DNA from: Botryllus schlosseri
Taxonomy: Eukaryota
Direction: 5' to 3'
Assembly: GCA_051294905.1 (NCBI GenBank)
Contig: CM119373.1
Location: forward strand, 2,294,001-2,358,000
DNA: 64,000 nucleotides
The notes beneath the pieces are model-generated. The model was not told where the DNA came from and did not search any database. It saw nothing but the letters and a program-made list of their open reading frames with translations. Each line of letters starts with the position of its first letter. Within the stretch, counting starts at the first letter, position 1. Both the position numbers and the translations under genes were made by a program. Of this stretch, positions 1 to 10,643 are shown piece after piece.

Positions 1-208
1 CCCAACATGGGAGTGTTTAATCATAGTAATCGTTCAGATAGTTCATGAAAATCATTTTGGCGATCCAATCGTGAATTTACTACCGCATGTGATACGCAGG
101 GCGTATGTATGAAGATCGCAGATAGTTCATGGAAATCATATTGGCGATCCAATCATGGATTTGATTAAGTACGATATTCAATACGCTAGGCATGTGTATG
201 AAACTCAC

Positions 209-239
209 AGCAGGGGCAATGGCGTTTGGCGCATGGCCA
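209..239 (-). CDS. Possible further small exon (WPCAKRHCPC if entered in phase 0)
   Basis: Acceptor TTATTGTTAG| at 239 and donor GCT|GTGAGT at 209. Only splice signals support it. Confidence 0.25.
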
Positions 240-704
240 CTAACAATAAATGGATAGCAATACAATTATCTCCCTAGCAGCTAAGTCAAGGTAAAGATGG
301 ATGCAGGAAGAGATGTCTATCATGATGTCACATATACGCCCTGACGTAATCATTCAAGGGACGTCGCTTTTCTCCGAATCCAAAATCGATTCCGGCAGTT
401 CCGCGATTCCCACCCCGAGTATCCTCAGGTATATGCATTATAAATCACACGACATATTTCAATTAGAGTTTACAAGCAACACTACAACGGATGTTTACAT
501 TAAATCCAGAGGTACGCACGTAAATATTAGTGTGAAAAGTTTAACGACCAAACTCCATTTCGACGCAGTAATGACTGTTGTTAGAAAGTCTCATGTTTAT
601 TACCACGCCATACAACACCGTGATGGAAAGTTTTAGATTAGACGAAACATCAAAGGTATCATTTCAATTCAAGAGATGGTCAATAACAACTGACAAGTAC
701 GTAC

Positions 705-895
705 ACTGTCTTCCAGCCTTAAGGCAAACCTTTTGCAAATTTCAGTTTTGTCAGGCAAAAGTAGTTTTGGGCTGTGCTTGCATTGAACGAAAGAGGTTAT
801 CATGTAAATGTGACCCTGTAGCATGCTATCTGGCCACTTGGTATATTTTTGTAAATCGCGTCTATTTGTAGTGATGTGGTCTCTAGCAGCCGTAC
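705..895 (-). CDS. Internal coding exon (GTAARDH...WPDSMLQGHIYMITSFVQC...ICKRFALRLEDS)
   Basis: Acceptor TCTTTAG|G at 895 (phase 1, compatible with the 3332 donor), donor AGT|GTACGT at 705, open frame throughout (part of ORF 669..914). Confidence 0.65.
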
Positions 896-1048
896 CTAAA
901 GATATTTCTATCAAGTAGTTTTGACTTTGTCTTTGAAATTGCTATTTCTACTTGTAATGGGTATAAATTTGCGGAGTTACTAATTAGTCGATCTTGGATC
1001 ATTCCAACCTTGAATTGTATACAATGTATAGTTATTACCATAACTTAC

Positions 1049-1069
1049 CGTCGTCTCTGAGATTGGTAG
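1049..1069 (-). CDS. Candidate 21-nt symmetric micro-exon (ATNLRDD)
   Basis: Acceptor TTTCCTGTAATAG| and perfect donor ACG|GTAAGT; phase 1-1 keeps the frame between the 3332 donor and the 895 acceptor. Confidence 0.35.
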
Positions 1070-1781
1070 CTATTACAGGAAATCGATTGACATTTGTACG
1101 ACCTTCTGTAATCAATGCCGTAAATGAAAAAAATCGCTGGTTGTAATTACGACTGATACTTCGTCACGACACTGATACCGCATAGTCATTAGCAAGAACT
1201 CTCGACAATAGCTTCCTACAAATTACAGAAGTATATGGTCTTACCGCACGTACAGCCGCAAGTTACCTTCATGAATACGGGCTAGTGATTACAACCATTC
1301 ATTGGTAACGTTATTAAACTGTTACAGAAACAGGAAAGCATGAATACACTGAAAACAACATCGCCTACCAATCAACATAACGTGAAATGTGCTTTGCATA
1401 ACAATCATCCATTACTCTCAACATACACGCCAATTTGTCCCGGAACGCTATTCGCGAGTGTGATTAATGCTCCCGGCTTATCACAGCATATTCGCCCATT
1501 GAAAAGCACTACGCCTCTCAATAAAGATTGATGTGGCGGTAAATGAACGCGAATACCCTATGCCGTCAGTTAAACTACATCCTTATCCGATGGATGTAAA
1601 CAAAATTGGGAACCCTTTTGCGTATTACCGAGTGTAGTACCCGAAATTTAAATTGATGCTACATAACCCAGTTATTTTACATATACCTCCTTAAAACCAG
1701 GAATATTCGTGAAAGACTCTACCGTGTTGAGTGTTGACCCCAAAACAGTATACGCTTCTGGAGGCACAGAACTTCAATAGG

Positions 1782-1845
1782 CAATTGAATAGTGTAGTCA
1801 TATTGAAATAAACAGAAAACATCTCAATATGAATATACCATTCAA
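1782..1845. repeat. Inverted pair of Penelope pLTR tails only (ribozyme absent)
   Basis: CAATTGAATAGTGTAGTCATATTGAAATAAAC and TCAATATGAATATACCATTCAA match the tail consensus in opposite orientations. Confidence 0.55.
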
Positions 1846-3146
1846 AACTGTATCCATCGACTCGTTTCCACCCATACAAATTGCAATTATCCTAGACTCA
1901 CATAGGTAATATTTTTCGCAACCAGCAAACTACTATGATACCATCAACATCATTGCATCCTACGAATGGCATTGTCGAGCACAATGTAGAAGTTGGTACA
2001 CTTAGTACCGAAAAGAGGATTGTTTATAACTACCGCGCGTAAACAATCCCAAAATACAGACCTTCCATAATTTTTCAAGTAGCTTAAAATGGGCACTTCA
2101 CTCTCATATTAACCACAACACGATCCAATCTATTCACGAGGCCGGTTTAAAACAAGTCATCACGCCACATTAGCGAGGTAACGCTCGAGTAAAAACAGAA
2201 CATGGGTGAATAATATCCCGGCGGCATAAACACACCATCCCGTTAGTAAAATTTACGCACTTTTCAAAATTTACTCGACCGCGCTCAACGTCGGCGTCCG
2301 GACACAGGAGATGCGAGATAACAACCCTTCACGGGATCTGACGACGGGGAATTTAAACGACATTGTCACGTCACAAGGAAATGCCCGTGAATGGCGTCGG
2401 TCACAGAACAAAGCCTCGGGGGCACGCACTGTGCGGCATCGCCGTATCCATCAACCCAGCCCGGACATGTTTGATAGGTCTTATTGAAAAGCGCCTTCGA
2501 GGACTTTACGAAGTACCTTCGATTTTCAGTGTCCGCGTTAACCGTTTTAATCGAGTCAAGAATATTCACAAATCAACTCTACAATATCGATAACGGCTAG
2601 AACTCGCTACAACAATCCAATCAATCTAATCTTAATCGAATAGTGTTTGTAATGATTACAATCAAGAAGATATGAATTCTTCGCGTACAGAAATTTCCTT
2701 CTTAAGAGCTAATTTATCAACGAAATCGGTACTATTCTCCACTGTGAAAAGCTGTAAACCTCGCTTAGTCGCAAATAGCAGCATACGAAACATGTATTAC
2801 AAAACTACGCAGATCATCGGAAATGATATATATAGCTGCGAAAAATAATGTAATATAGAACGGGCATTTTACTTCCCGTGTCAGCGTAAAAGGTAGCCTA
2901 CATACCGACTCACTCAAGCTCTAATAATAATATAACCACAACAACGCTGAAACCATACACCCTGCCGAACACTGCGTACTAAGCCTATCCCGTCTAAATG
3001 ACAGTTTACTACTAGAAACTACACCTTCAGTAAACAACGCATACACAAAAACATGTGGCGCGTCTCGTAAGCTAACATATCGCAACATCAGTTCCTATAC
3101 TACACAGCCTTTTACCGACAATAAAATGCTTCTTGGCGGTACAGTA

Positions 3147-3305
3147 CTTCAATATACAATTAAATGGTACATTCACATTGAAATAAACACGAATAGTCTC
3201 GGCTGACACTCGTCAGGGGTAATCGTCAGCAATAATTCTCTACTAGCTGCTGACGCGTAAGCCGAAAATATCGGGGTTTATTTCAATGAATACAGTATTC
3301 AATTG
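3147..3305. mobile_element. Head-to-head inverted pair of Penelope pLTR ends with decayed hammerheads
   Basis: The minus arm (3187-3230) has GAAA changed to GAGA and a stem I mismatch. The plus arm (3249-3305) lacks ATTACCCCTGACGAGTG. Both end in the shared tail TTTCAATRTGAAT...ATTYAATTG. Confidence 0.8.
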
Positions 3306-3331
3306 TAGACAATAAAAACCTGCGTACATAC

Positions 3332-4294
3332 CGAACAAACTTTTTGCTTTTTCCATATCTCGAGTATTTCCGGTATATTTTAAATCCGTGTTACCATCTC
3401 GGCACGCGCTATTCTGTTGATCAATTATCCGCAGGTTATTAACATCGGCCGAAATGGAATCGCTCCCAATTTGTGCTTTAGCGGAAGCCTCGCGTTGCGG
3501 GTGAGTATCGCACGACGCATTGGCGTATTCGGTGTCATTATCGGGCCGCGTAGTTCCGCCACGGTCGGCTTGATCCGCCAGCGTTCTTTTTTCGTTAAAT
3601 TCTACGCCGCTCTTGTATTTTTCCTCATAACTGCGAGGAGCGCTGTTATTACTGACACCAAGTTCCGCGCCGATGACATCGGTATGCGGTTGATCTTGCC
3701 CGCAGGCGTATACACGACTCGCGTCGGCCTGCAAAGCAGAACCGTCGACCGTATCTATGCCTTCGTGATTGCTGTTATTGTTAGAATTAGGCCTGTCTTC
3801 TTCGTCTGAGGTGTCATAGCGCCCGCTGCTGCCGCTGGCATCGTCTGTAGCGTTGAAATCGTAGCTAACATACTCAACGTAAAGCCCGCCGTCGAAAGAC
3901 GACGATGCTTGCTGTAAAACGACGTTTTCTTGCTCATCTGTGACATCACAAGGAACGGTCGTCTTTTCGTCACAGTCGGCTGGTTTTTTCATGCCTGCCT
4001 TGTCGAGCCTTTCTAGAGTGTTGCACGCGCTTTCTAAAATCGCAGTCTCCAGATAACCAGTCAGAGTAGAACAGTCCGTTCTGTTATCCAGGTCGGATTT
4101 GGCAGTATCCGATTTTAACGACAGCTCTCCTGAACTGCGTCCGATTGATAAATCGGCTTTCGCGCCGCTGTCCAGAGAATCGGAAGAGTCTTTCAGAGGT
4201 GCGGTGTACGATGCATCGCTAGTATTCGGCGATTTTAATCGTTTTTTATCAGATTTGGCCGCTTTGTCTTTTTTCCCGCGTCCCTTACCGCCAC
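3332..4294 (-). CDS. Large internal coding exon (963 nt, phase 1-1), low-complexity Lys/Ser/Asp-rich, unknown protein
   Basis: The frame of ORF 3243..3992 stays open for about 100 more codons upstream (GGKGRGKKDKAAKSDKKRLKSP...) to acceptor CCATCAG|GTGG at 4294. Donor TTCG|GTATGT at 3332. Length is divisible by 3. Confidence 0.75.
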
Positions 4295-5819
4295 CTGATG
4301 GTTACACGCAACAACTAAGTATTCTGCCGTGCTTATGCAAAGCTACCTCCTCGACTGATATCACCATAGCCAGAATACTAAAGCCAGACGTTCAACTTCA
4401 GTAAAAATCGATAGGTTTAGGCACGCCGCTCGCATACAGCTAAAGTATAACGCGTTCAGGTTTAGTCATCCGGTTTGATACAAAATCTTTTGTCATTAAT
4501 GTTTACGACCCACTTAAGCCAAAACAATACGACATCCCAATAGTGACGCCCCTGATGTTACGTCGCAAAATTCCACAACATCATACAGCCGCGCAGCAAC
4601 AAAGCACGACATATACACCAGAATTAGAAATACGCACTTTTTTAAAATTTGCAACTAGAAGTACAGAGAGCGAATCGGCATTTCAGAAGAACGGGAATTC
4701 TAGTTTGAAATGAAAGGGGTTCCGACAACCATACCTCACCCCATGGCTACGCCACTATCATCAGTGACAACTCTGAGCTATCAATGGCTGCAAAAACATC
4801 ACAAAACAGAACATAGGTATAACGATTCACGCTAAACAACGACGCCCGTTTCCAAGTTGTTATACGACTAAATTATTTTTAATATGCGCAACTAGAATTA
4901 GAACTACTCAATAAAACCGTCGTTAGCTGACCATCAACTAACTAAATTGATAGTCGGTGCAAATCACAAACGAATATCTATTACGGTAAAAGAAAGATGG
5001 TTTCATCGCATTCGGAACCTGCAAGTTATCGTACGAACGACACCCAACGATATCGTTATTTCACGTTATCACACGTTTCGCAGAGACAATCCTACACAAT
5101 ACTACCGGAAATAACATTCCACACTAAATATAACGGACACGATCTCAAAAAGCCTATAAGTATCCTCGCATCCGGCAGCACACACTAAAACTGCCGCTCT
5201 GCCTACCTCGGCAAATACCGCGCGCGCTTCGCTATTTCGCCGCTTTGCCCGATTAGATAATCGATATCAGACTTTTACAAACACCCTCAAACGCAACCAC
5301 GTGACTTTATCAATAACAAAGTCAAAGGCTTTCAATATCGCCGAAAAAGTTACGATATTAAGTACTGCACGATGCACGTGCAGCAAGACAAACGAACTGT
5401 AACGGAAAATCGCAACGCAGCGATTCAAAGAACATTTTTCAAGTGCCAAAACACGGAATTGACGTTAACACTCACAATTCAACGCACGTAGCTTATAACT
5501 CATAACTATAGGCGTGAGAACCAACTTTTATCCGACATTTAAGACACTGCTGCGCTAACGCCGAATCGTCCGAACACGCTATAAACGCAAGATACTACGA
5601 TAAAGTACTTGACATATCCGAGCACTACGGCCGTGAAACGATGACTAATTACAGCAATCACATAAACGGGAATTCGCTACAAGCCCGAAGGCTAGTAACA
5701 TCCCACAAGCATTATTTGAAGTTTGTCGTGTCCGCCACCAGTTTAATCTTCGGCAGAAACTACGTTACAGACTCGAATCGACACCAATAAACCATTCTTA
5801 TTCCTTTTTTCTGACAATA

Positions 5820-6962
5820 CTACAGGAGAATTGTAGCCTATGGCACGAAACGAGTCATGCTTGCTGTACAGACATTTGTCATTCTAATGCTTATGACTAG
5901 GGCAAGTTTTTGCAACTTTAGCAACTATTTTACAGCTTCCGGCAGCTTCCTAAATACTCGTAAGACATGTAGGATGCTGTTTCAAGCTGTTTGAAGTAAT
6001 CTTATAGTGTAACTTTTTGCAACTGTTGTCCATTTTTTTCATGCAACTCATTGCAACATTGTGCAACTTTTTCGATTTTTCATGAGAGTAGTTGCGGTTT
6101 TGGTGAAATACACGGCCAAATTCGACTGAAACACGGTAAATCAGTACCGAAGCACGGGTATTTCGGGAGCTGAGCCGGTAAGTTGACCATTTTTTTTGGT
6201 CAACCGAGCAAAATGTGGTCTTTTAGTGCAACGTTCGCAACTTTTGTCAAAAATAAATAAATAAATGCAACTTTCCGCGGATGTAACTGCAACATAAACT
6301 TGCCCTACTTATGACAATATAATCTGGTTTGATATAAACCAAACTTGTTCCAATTTACACGTTTTCACGAATTCAGTAATTCTAGTTGTGATCTAGTTTG
6401 GAAACATCTGTGTAGCTATAATTCTAATTCTAATCTATTTTATGAAATGCTTCATTGCTCCAATTCTACTCTTTCTGGTTTTCCTGAAAATGCTACAGAA
6501 CTGTGTAGTGCAAAACGTGCCGGGCTTGCTGTAGAGACATTTGTGATTCTCTTGTTCACGAGCATGAACCCTGATTTAATAAGCATTGAATTTGGGTGCG
6601 GTTCTTTACAATTCAGAACCTAATGCGATTTTCAAGTGATTGTGGGTTAATTCGTCCTAATTCTAATATAATTTGGAAAAAATCCGAATAGCTATAATTC
6701 TAATTCTAATCTAATTTGGAAAAATCCTTATAGCTATAATTCAGATTCCCATCTAATTTGGAAAGTCCGAACGTATTTTAGTTTTCCAAGTCTCGTCGTA
6801 ACGGCTGGTTCGCGATTGTAGGTTGCGTTGATTTGATATGGAGCGAACTTCATTCACTATCCAAGTTTTCGCGAATTCACTCTAATCCTTATCTCATTTG
6901 GAAAAAACTGTAGCTATAATTCCAATCTAATCTGGAAAATATGAATATTTTCTAGTTTTCCG
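5820..6962 (+). repeat. 42-bp-minisatellite element, compound copy (interrupted by the 5898 MITE, followed by further units)
   Basis: Core GAAACGAG.CA.GCTTGCTGTACAGACATTTGTCATTCT at about 5845 and 6520; AGCTATAATTCTAATTCTAATCTAATTTGGAAAAA units; 3' hairpin-like ends at about 6770-6800 and 6930-6962. Confidence 0.8.
5898..6307. mobile_element. hAT-type MITE (410 bp) with GCAACTTT subterminal repeats
   Basis: TIR TAGGGCAAGTTT/AAACTTGCCCTA; perfect 8-bp TSD CTTATGAC (5890-97, 6308-15). It interrupts a minisatellite-element copy. Confidence 0.92.
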
Positions 6963-9080
6963 ACCTTGCTAGACGACATACACTACGCCTCGCCTCATGG
7001 TATCAAAGCGATCATATTCAACTAAACGACCCGGCGTACAACTGAAATTGACGGCCGCTACAAAAAACGCATGCAATATTCATCAGCGGGCTGTGTTCAA
7101 CTGGAATATGCATAAAATATGAGTGGCGCGTCGCAATCTAGCTCCCCAAGGCTTCCGATTGCGTACCGGCACTCCGGCAGTCGCGTGCGAATTGACAGTC
7201 ACGGACACAGAATTAGATGTCAATTCGCAGACCCAGAAACGCGTTTCCGCGCGGTTTGAATCGATGCAAATCAAGTAACGCGCCCTTAAAACAGTGCGCC
7301 CGTCGCCTTATTAACCATTACCGAAGTACGCCAGGTGGATTTTTGTGTACTAGGTATTCGGCTGTCAGGCACAATGACGCCCTACCGGTATGAATTATGT
7401 GCAAAGTTCAAATATGCATCTTTTATGCGACCACAAAGGAAATAATGTCAGTTACACTTGTTATATTCTCTACTACACCCATATTTCATTGCTCCATTTG
7501 ACAATGCTGTGAGTTGATCACGAAATGTCAGACGCCAAAAGTCCCCTTCGCCACGAATTGAAGTCGGAAAACCATTCAAAAGAACTCGAACACTTTTTTG
7601 TGACCTAACCGAATGGGTAAATTTAGAATTTGTAAATTCTGTTCAAGTGGTCGGTCTCATTTTCATTCAAAGGTCAGTGAACGAATAATAAACCATTTTT
7701 AAGCCGCAAAAACCGAACCTCGCCAGAAAGAACATGTCTATACTCTAACAATATTTCATTAGTGTTGTGTTGTTATTTGGTTACTTTTATTAGCGAATAT
7801 AGATCTGCTTTCCCCAATTGTCTGATGTTACAATGGCATTAATACGTCACTACGATACGATTGTTTACAAATTGCGAGTTCGGTCAACCGCATTTACAGA
7901 CTGCGCTCCTGATGAGAGTTTCGAGTGAAATACATTTGGCAATATTTATTTCAACATATTTTTTGTTGCTATACTGAAGTTCTGTACTTTGTGACGCTTA
8001 TATAGTTTTCTGTTTATCCTCACGGGAGAAACAAAACCAGCTGACTGAAAGTCAATATGAATATGAACAATCAGTTATTTTAATAATCTACATTCGAGAA
8101 AAAGGTGTGTGCGGCACAAGTAAATTCTCGGCTAAAATCTTCACAGAAATTATCAAATATCTATATTCTCATAATCTCAAATGCTAACGCAGCTGATGTG
8201 ATTCCACGGCGACGATGTGACCCGATTGACCCGTGTCTGATGCACAGTAATCGTGATTTTGATTCAAAACCAAGATTCAAATTAAAACGCTGAAACCGCG
8301 GATTTCCGCTCGCGAGTGCGCATCTAACACGTGTGAGAAGATAACAACGCATCGCAGCGGGACGGTCGCATAAAGATCATCGGATTGACCCCCAGGATTC
8401 CCGACATGGTCGCAAATTCGCGGAGCGGTAACAATAAAATTCTCGTCGGTACCCGGTGCGAATACTCGTAAAACGAGTTCATGCTTGTTGCACTGCGCCG
8501 GCGCGTGATTAATCCCCGCGCTGAAACAATTGATCGTATTACGGCCGCAGCAACAAAAGGCGATCGATATTGGTAATGAAATCTGCGTTCCGTCAAAAGG
8601 GTGCTGCTCAATAAAATACTTCTATCGAACAACGCTACTAAGACGCCGGTTCGCGAATACGCGCATGCACAATGCGATTTATGCAGAGGTGGTCGTGAAC
8701 AAAGGTTTAACATGTTGATATTATTTTCGATGAAAACCTACAGCCCACGCCCGATTACCAGATTCAGGATTATATCGCACGGAGCGTGGAAACATCACTT
8801 TTTCAACGTAAAGCATCATTATAGGGATACATACCATCAAATGGCACAATCGTACTTCGCCCCTTTAGTAAAACCGATCAGTATCTATAATTTGGAGACA
8901 GTGCCGAGTGCCGTTACGTAGTTACGGAATTTAAAGTCACGAGAAACGACGTCATACGCTACTCAAAACATGAGCCGGTAAGCTGTTGCTGCAATGCAGC
9001 CTGTGAAAGATTTACTCGCGAAATTTACGACAACTGAGGACATGTATGTATCTCACAGTCACGGGTCAGAGCTAAATAAA

Positions 9081-9535
9081 GCTACTCTAATTTGTGAAAT
9101 GATTTTTTGCCCTAATTCTAATTCTAAACTAATTTGTGAAATGTTTCTATGCTCTAATTGTAATTCTAATCTAATTTGGGGTTTTCCTGAAATTCTCCAA
9201 GAGAACAGTATACTGTGAAACGAGGTAAGTTTTCTGTACAGACACTTACCATTCACTTGCTTTATAATGGAGTCTACTTTGATACGAACTGAACTTGATG
9301 TAATTTACAAGTTTTCGGGAATTCAGTAATTCTAATTCTAATCTATTTTGGAAAAATTGTGGCTATAATTCGAATTCTACTCTTAACTTGAAGTTACATT
9401 GTAACTATAATCCTAATTGTAATGTAATTTGGAAAAAACTTTGAACTTCGAATTCTAATTTAATTGGGAAAGTTACAGTGCAGCTGTAATTCTAATTATA
9501 ATCTAACTTGGAACAGATTAGAATTTCCCAGTTGT
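9081..9535 (+). repeat. 42-bp-minisatellite element
   Basis: Two 42-bp TTTGTGAAATG units (9091, 9133), the conserved core and a downstream array. Confidence 0.8.
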
Positions 9536-9925
9536 GTAACTCTACTACAGAGCAACAGGCTCGGTCCATACTTCGAACGAACAGCGTGATAAGATAGCAA
9601 TTACCAAATCAGACAATACCACACACCGAGCTTTGAAGGAACGGCGAGCTAACAAGACCACACGATCTTGATCAAATATCCGACGAATCATACAAGCGAT
9701 TACAGAAAACGTAGTTATCCGTCCACAGATTGGACACCGATATACCGGCACCGCAACAAAGCCTCACAATGAGATCTCGGGACTCTTCAAATGCGCGCAA
9801 GTCGATCGAAATCTCAAATAGTTTGGACGAAGTTCCTTATCTAAATTATGCCAAGCCATGAAAACGTTTACGTCAATCCCGCTGACTGAGACCCGGATCT
9901 GACTGAGGATGCATGTACTACTAAC

Positions 9926-10643
9926 CAGGGGTGGGCAAACCCCGGCTCTTTCATTGGCTCTTCAAATGGTTGCACAAATTCACATGGGTTGGTTTCGCCA
10001 TTTAGCTAGAGAGGTGTAACCTGATGATAAATTTATGCATTAATCGCGTATTAACAATATGCGTATTGCTTTCGTATTGTTTCTTTACTTGTGGTTCATG
10101 CAATACTCGTACAATTTAGAAGGTGGCACACTACAGGGTAAGAAATTTGCGTCTGATCTCTCGAATCGAGTTCACATACACGTTTCACCCGCAATAATGG
10201 ATGCCTGGTCATCAATCAATGATAAAGCATTGTGTTCGACAATGCACTTGATAATTAATTGCGCCAGCGCAGGTCACAACCATTTCCGGGCTAGCAATGA
10301 TGAATACGGCTCTTCCATTTGTATTGTAAAGGTTAGCAACAGCTGCAGAGTTTGGCCAAGAAAATGTCGTCGAGATTACCGAGCTGCGAAATCTTCCTTA
10401 AATTTTCATCAACACTTGGAGGAACTGCTCCGCATTGCTAGACGTCATATCAGCCCGATGCCACACACCTTGCAGCCCAGGTGGAGACGCACCGTATCAC
10501 CACACAATAATATACTTCATTCGATAGCCTATATTTTATTGTGACGTCATAAATTCGTAGTTTTGAATTTTTGTCTTGTGGCTCTTTTAGAGCTAAGATT
10601 TTTGATATGCGGCTCGAGCACGAAGCATGTCTGCCCACCCCTG
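9926..10643 (+). mobile_element. hAT (Charlie/Buster-like) non-autonomous element, 718 bp, with degenerate transposase C-terminus
   Basis: TIR CAGGGGTGGGCAAAC/GTCTGCCCACCCCTG; subterminal GGCTC repeats; imperfect TSD (TACTAAC vs TACTATAC). Internal HQHLEELLRIARRHISP resembles the hAT C-terminal DEHLxxLLRI..x.ISP. Confidence 0.8.

Noticed and set aside
301-636. 111-aa plus-strand ORF with donor-like CAG|GTATAT at 428
   Set aside because: Weak acceptor, no recognisable domain, no partner exons, and it overlaps the minus-strand gene's intron.
3417-3809. 130-aa plus-strand ORF (also 4099..4404)
   Set aside because: Antisense shadow of the large minus-strand exon.
7905-7945. Hammerhead-like CTGATGA...GAAA
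   Set aside because: Stem II and stem I cannot be paired convincingly; at best a very decayed relic.
8277-8520. 80-codon minus-strand open frame after a TTGTTTCAG acceptor in a CpG-rich patch
   Set aside because: Its phase does not fit the phase-1 junctions, there is no good donor, and it ends in a stop; it could be regulatory or a minor exon but is unsupported.
8994-9256. ORFs with repeated LICEMFLCSNSNS / LELELEQRNISQ peptides (also 22749-22993, 6345, 39400)
   Set aside because: Translations of the 42-bp minisatellite, not genes.
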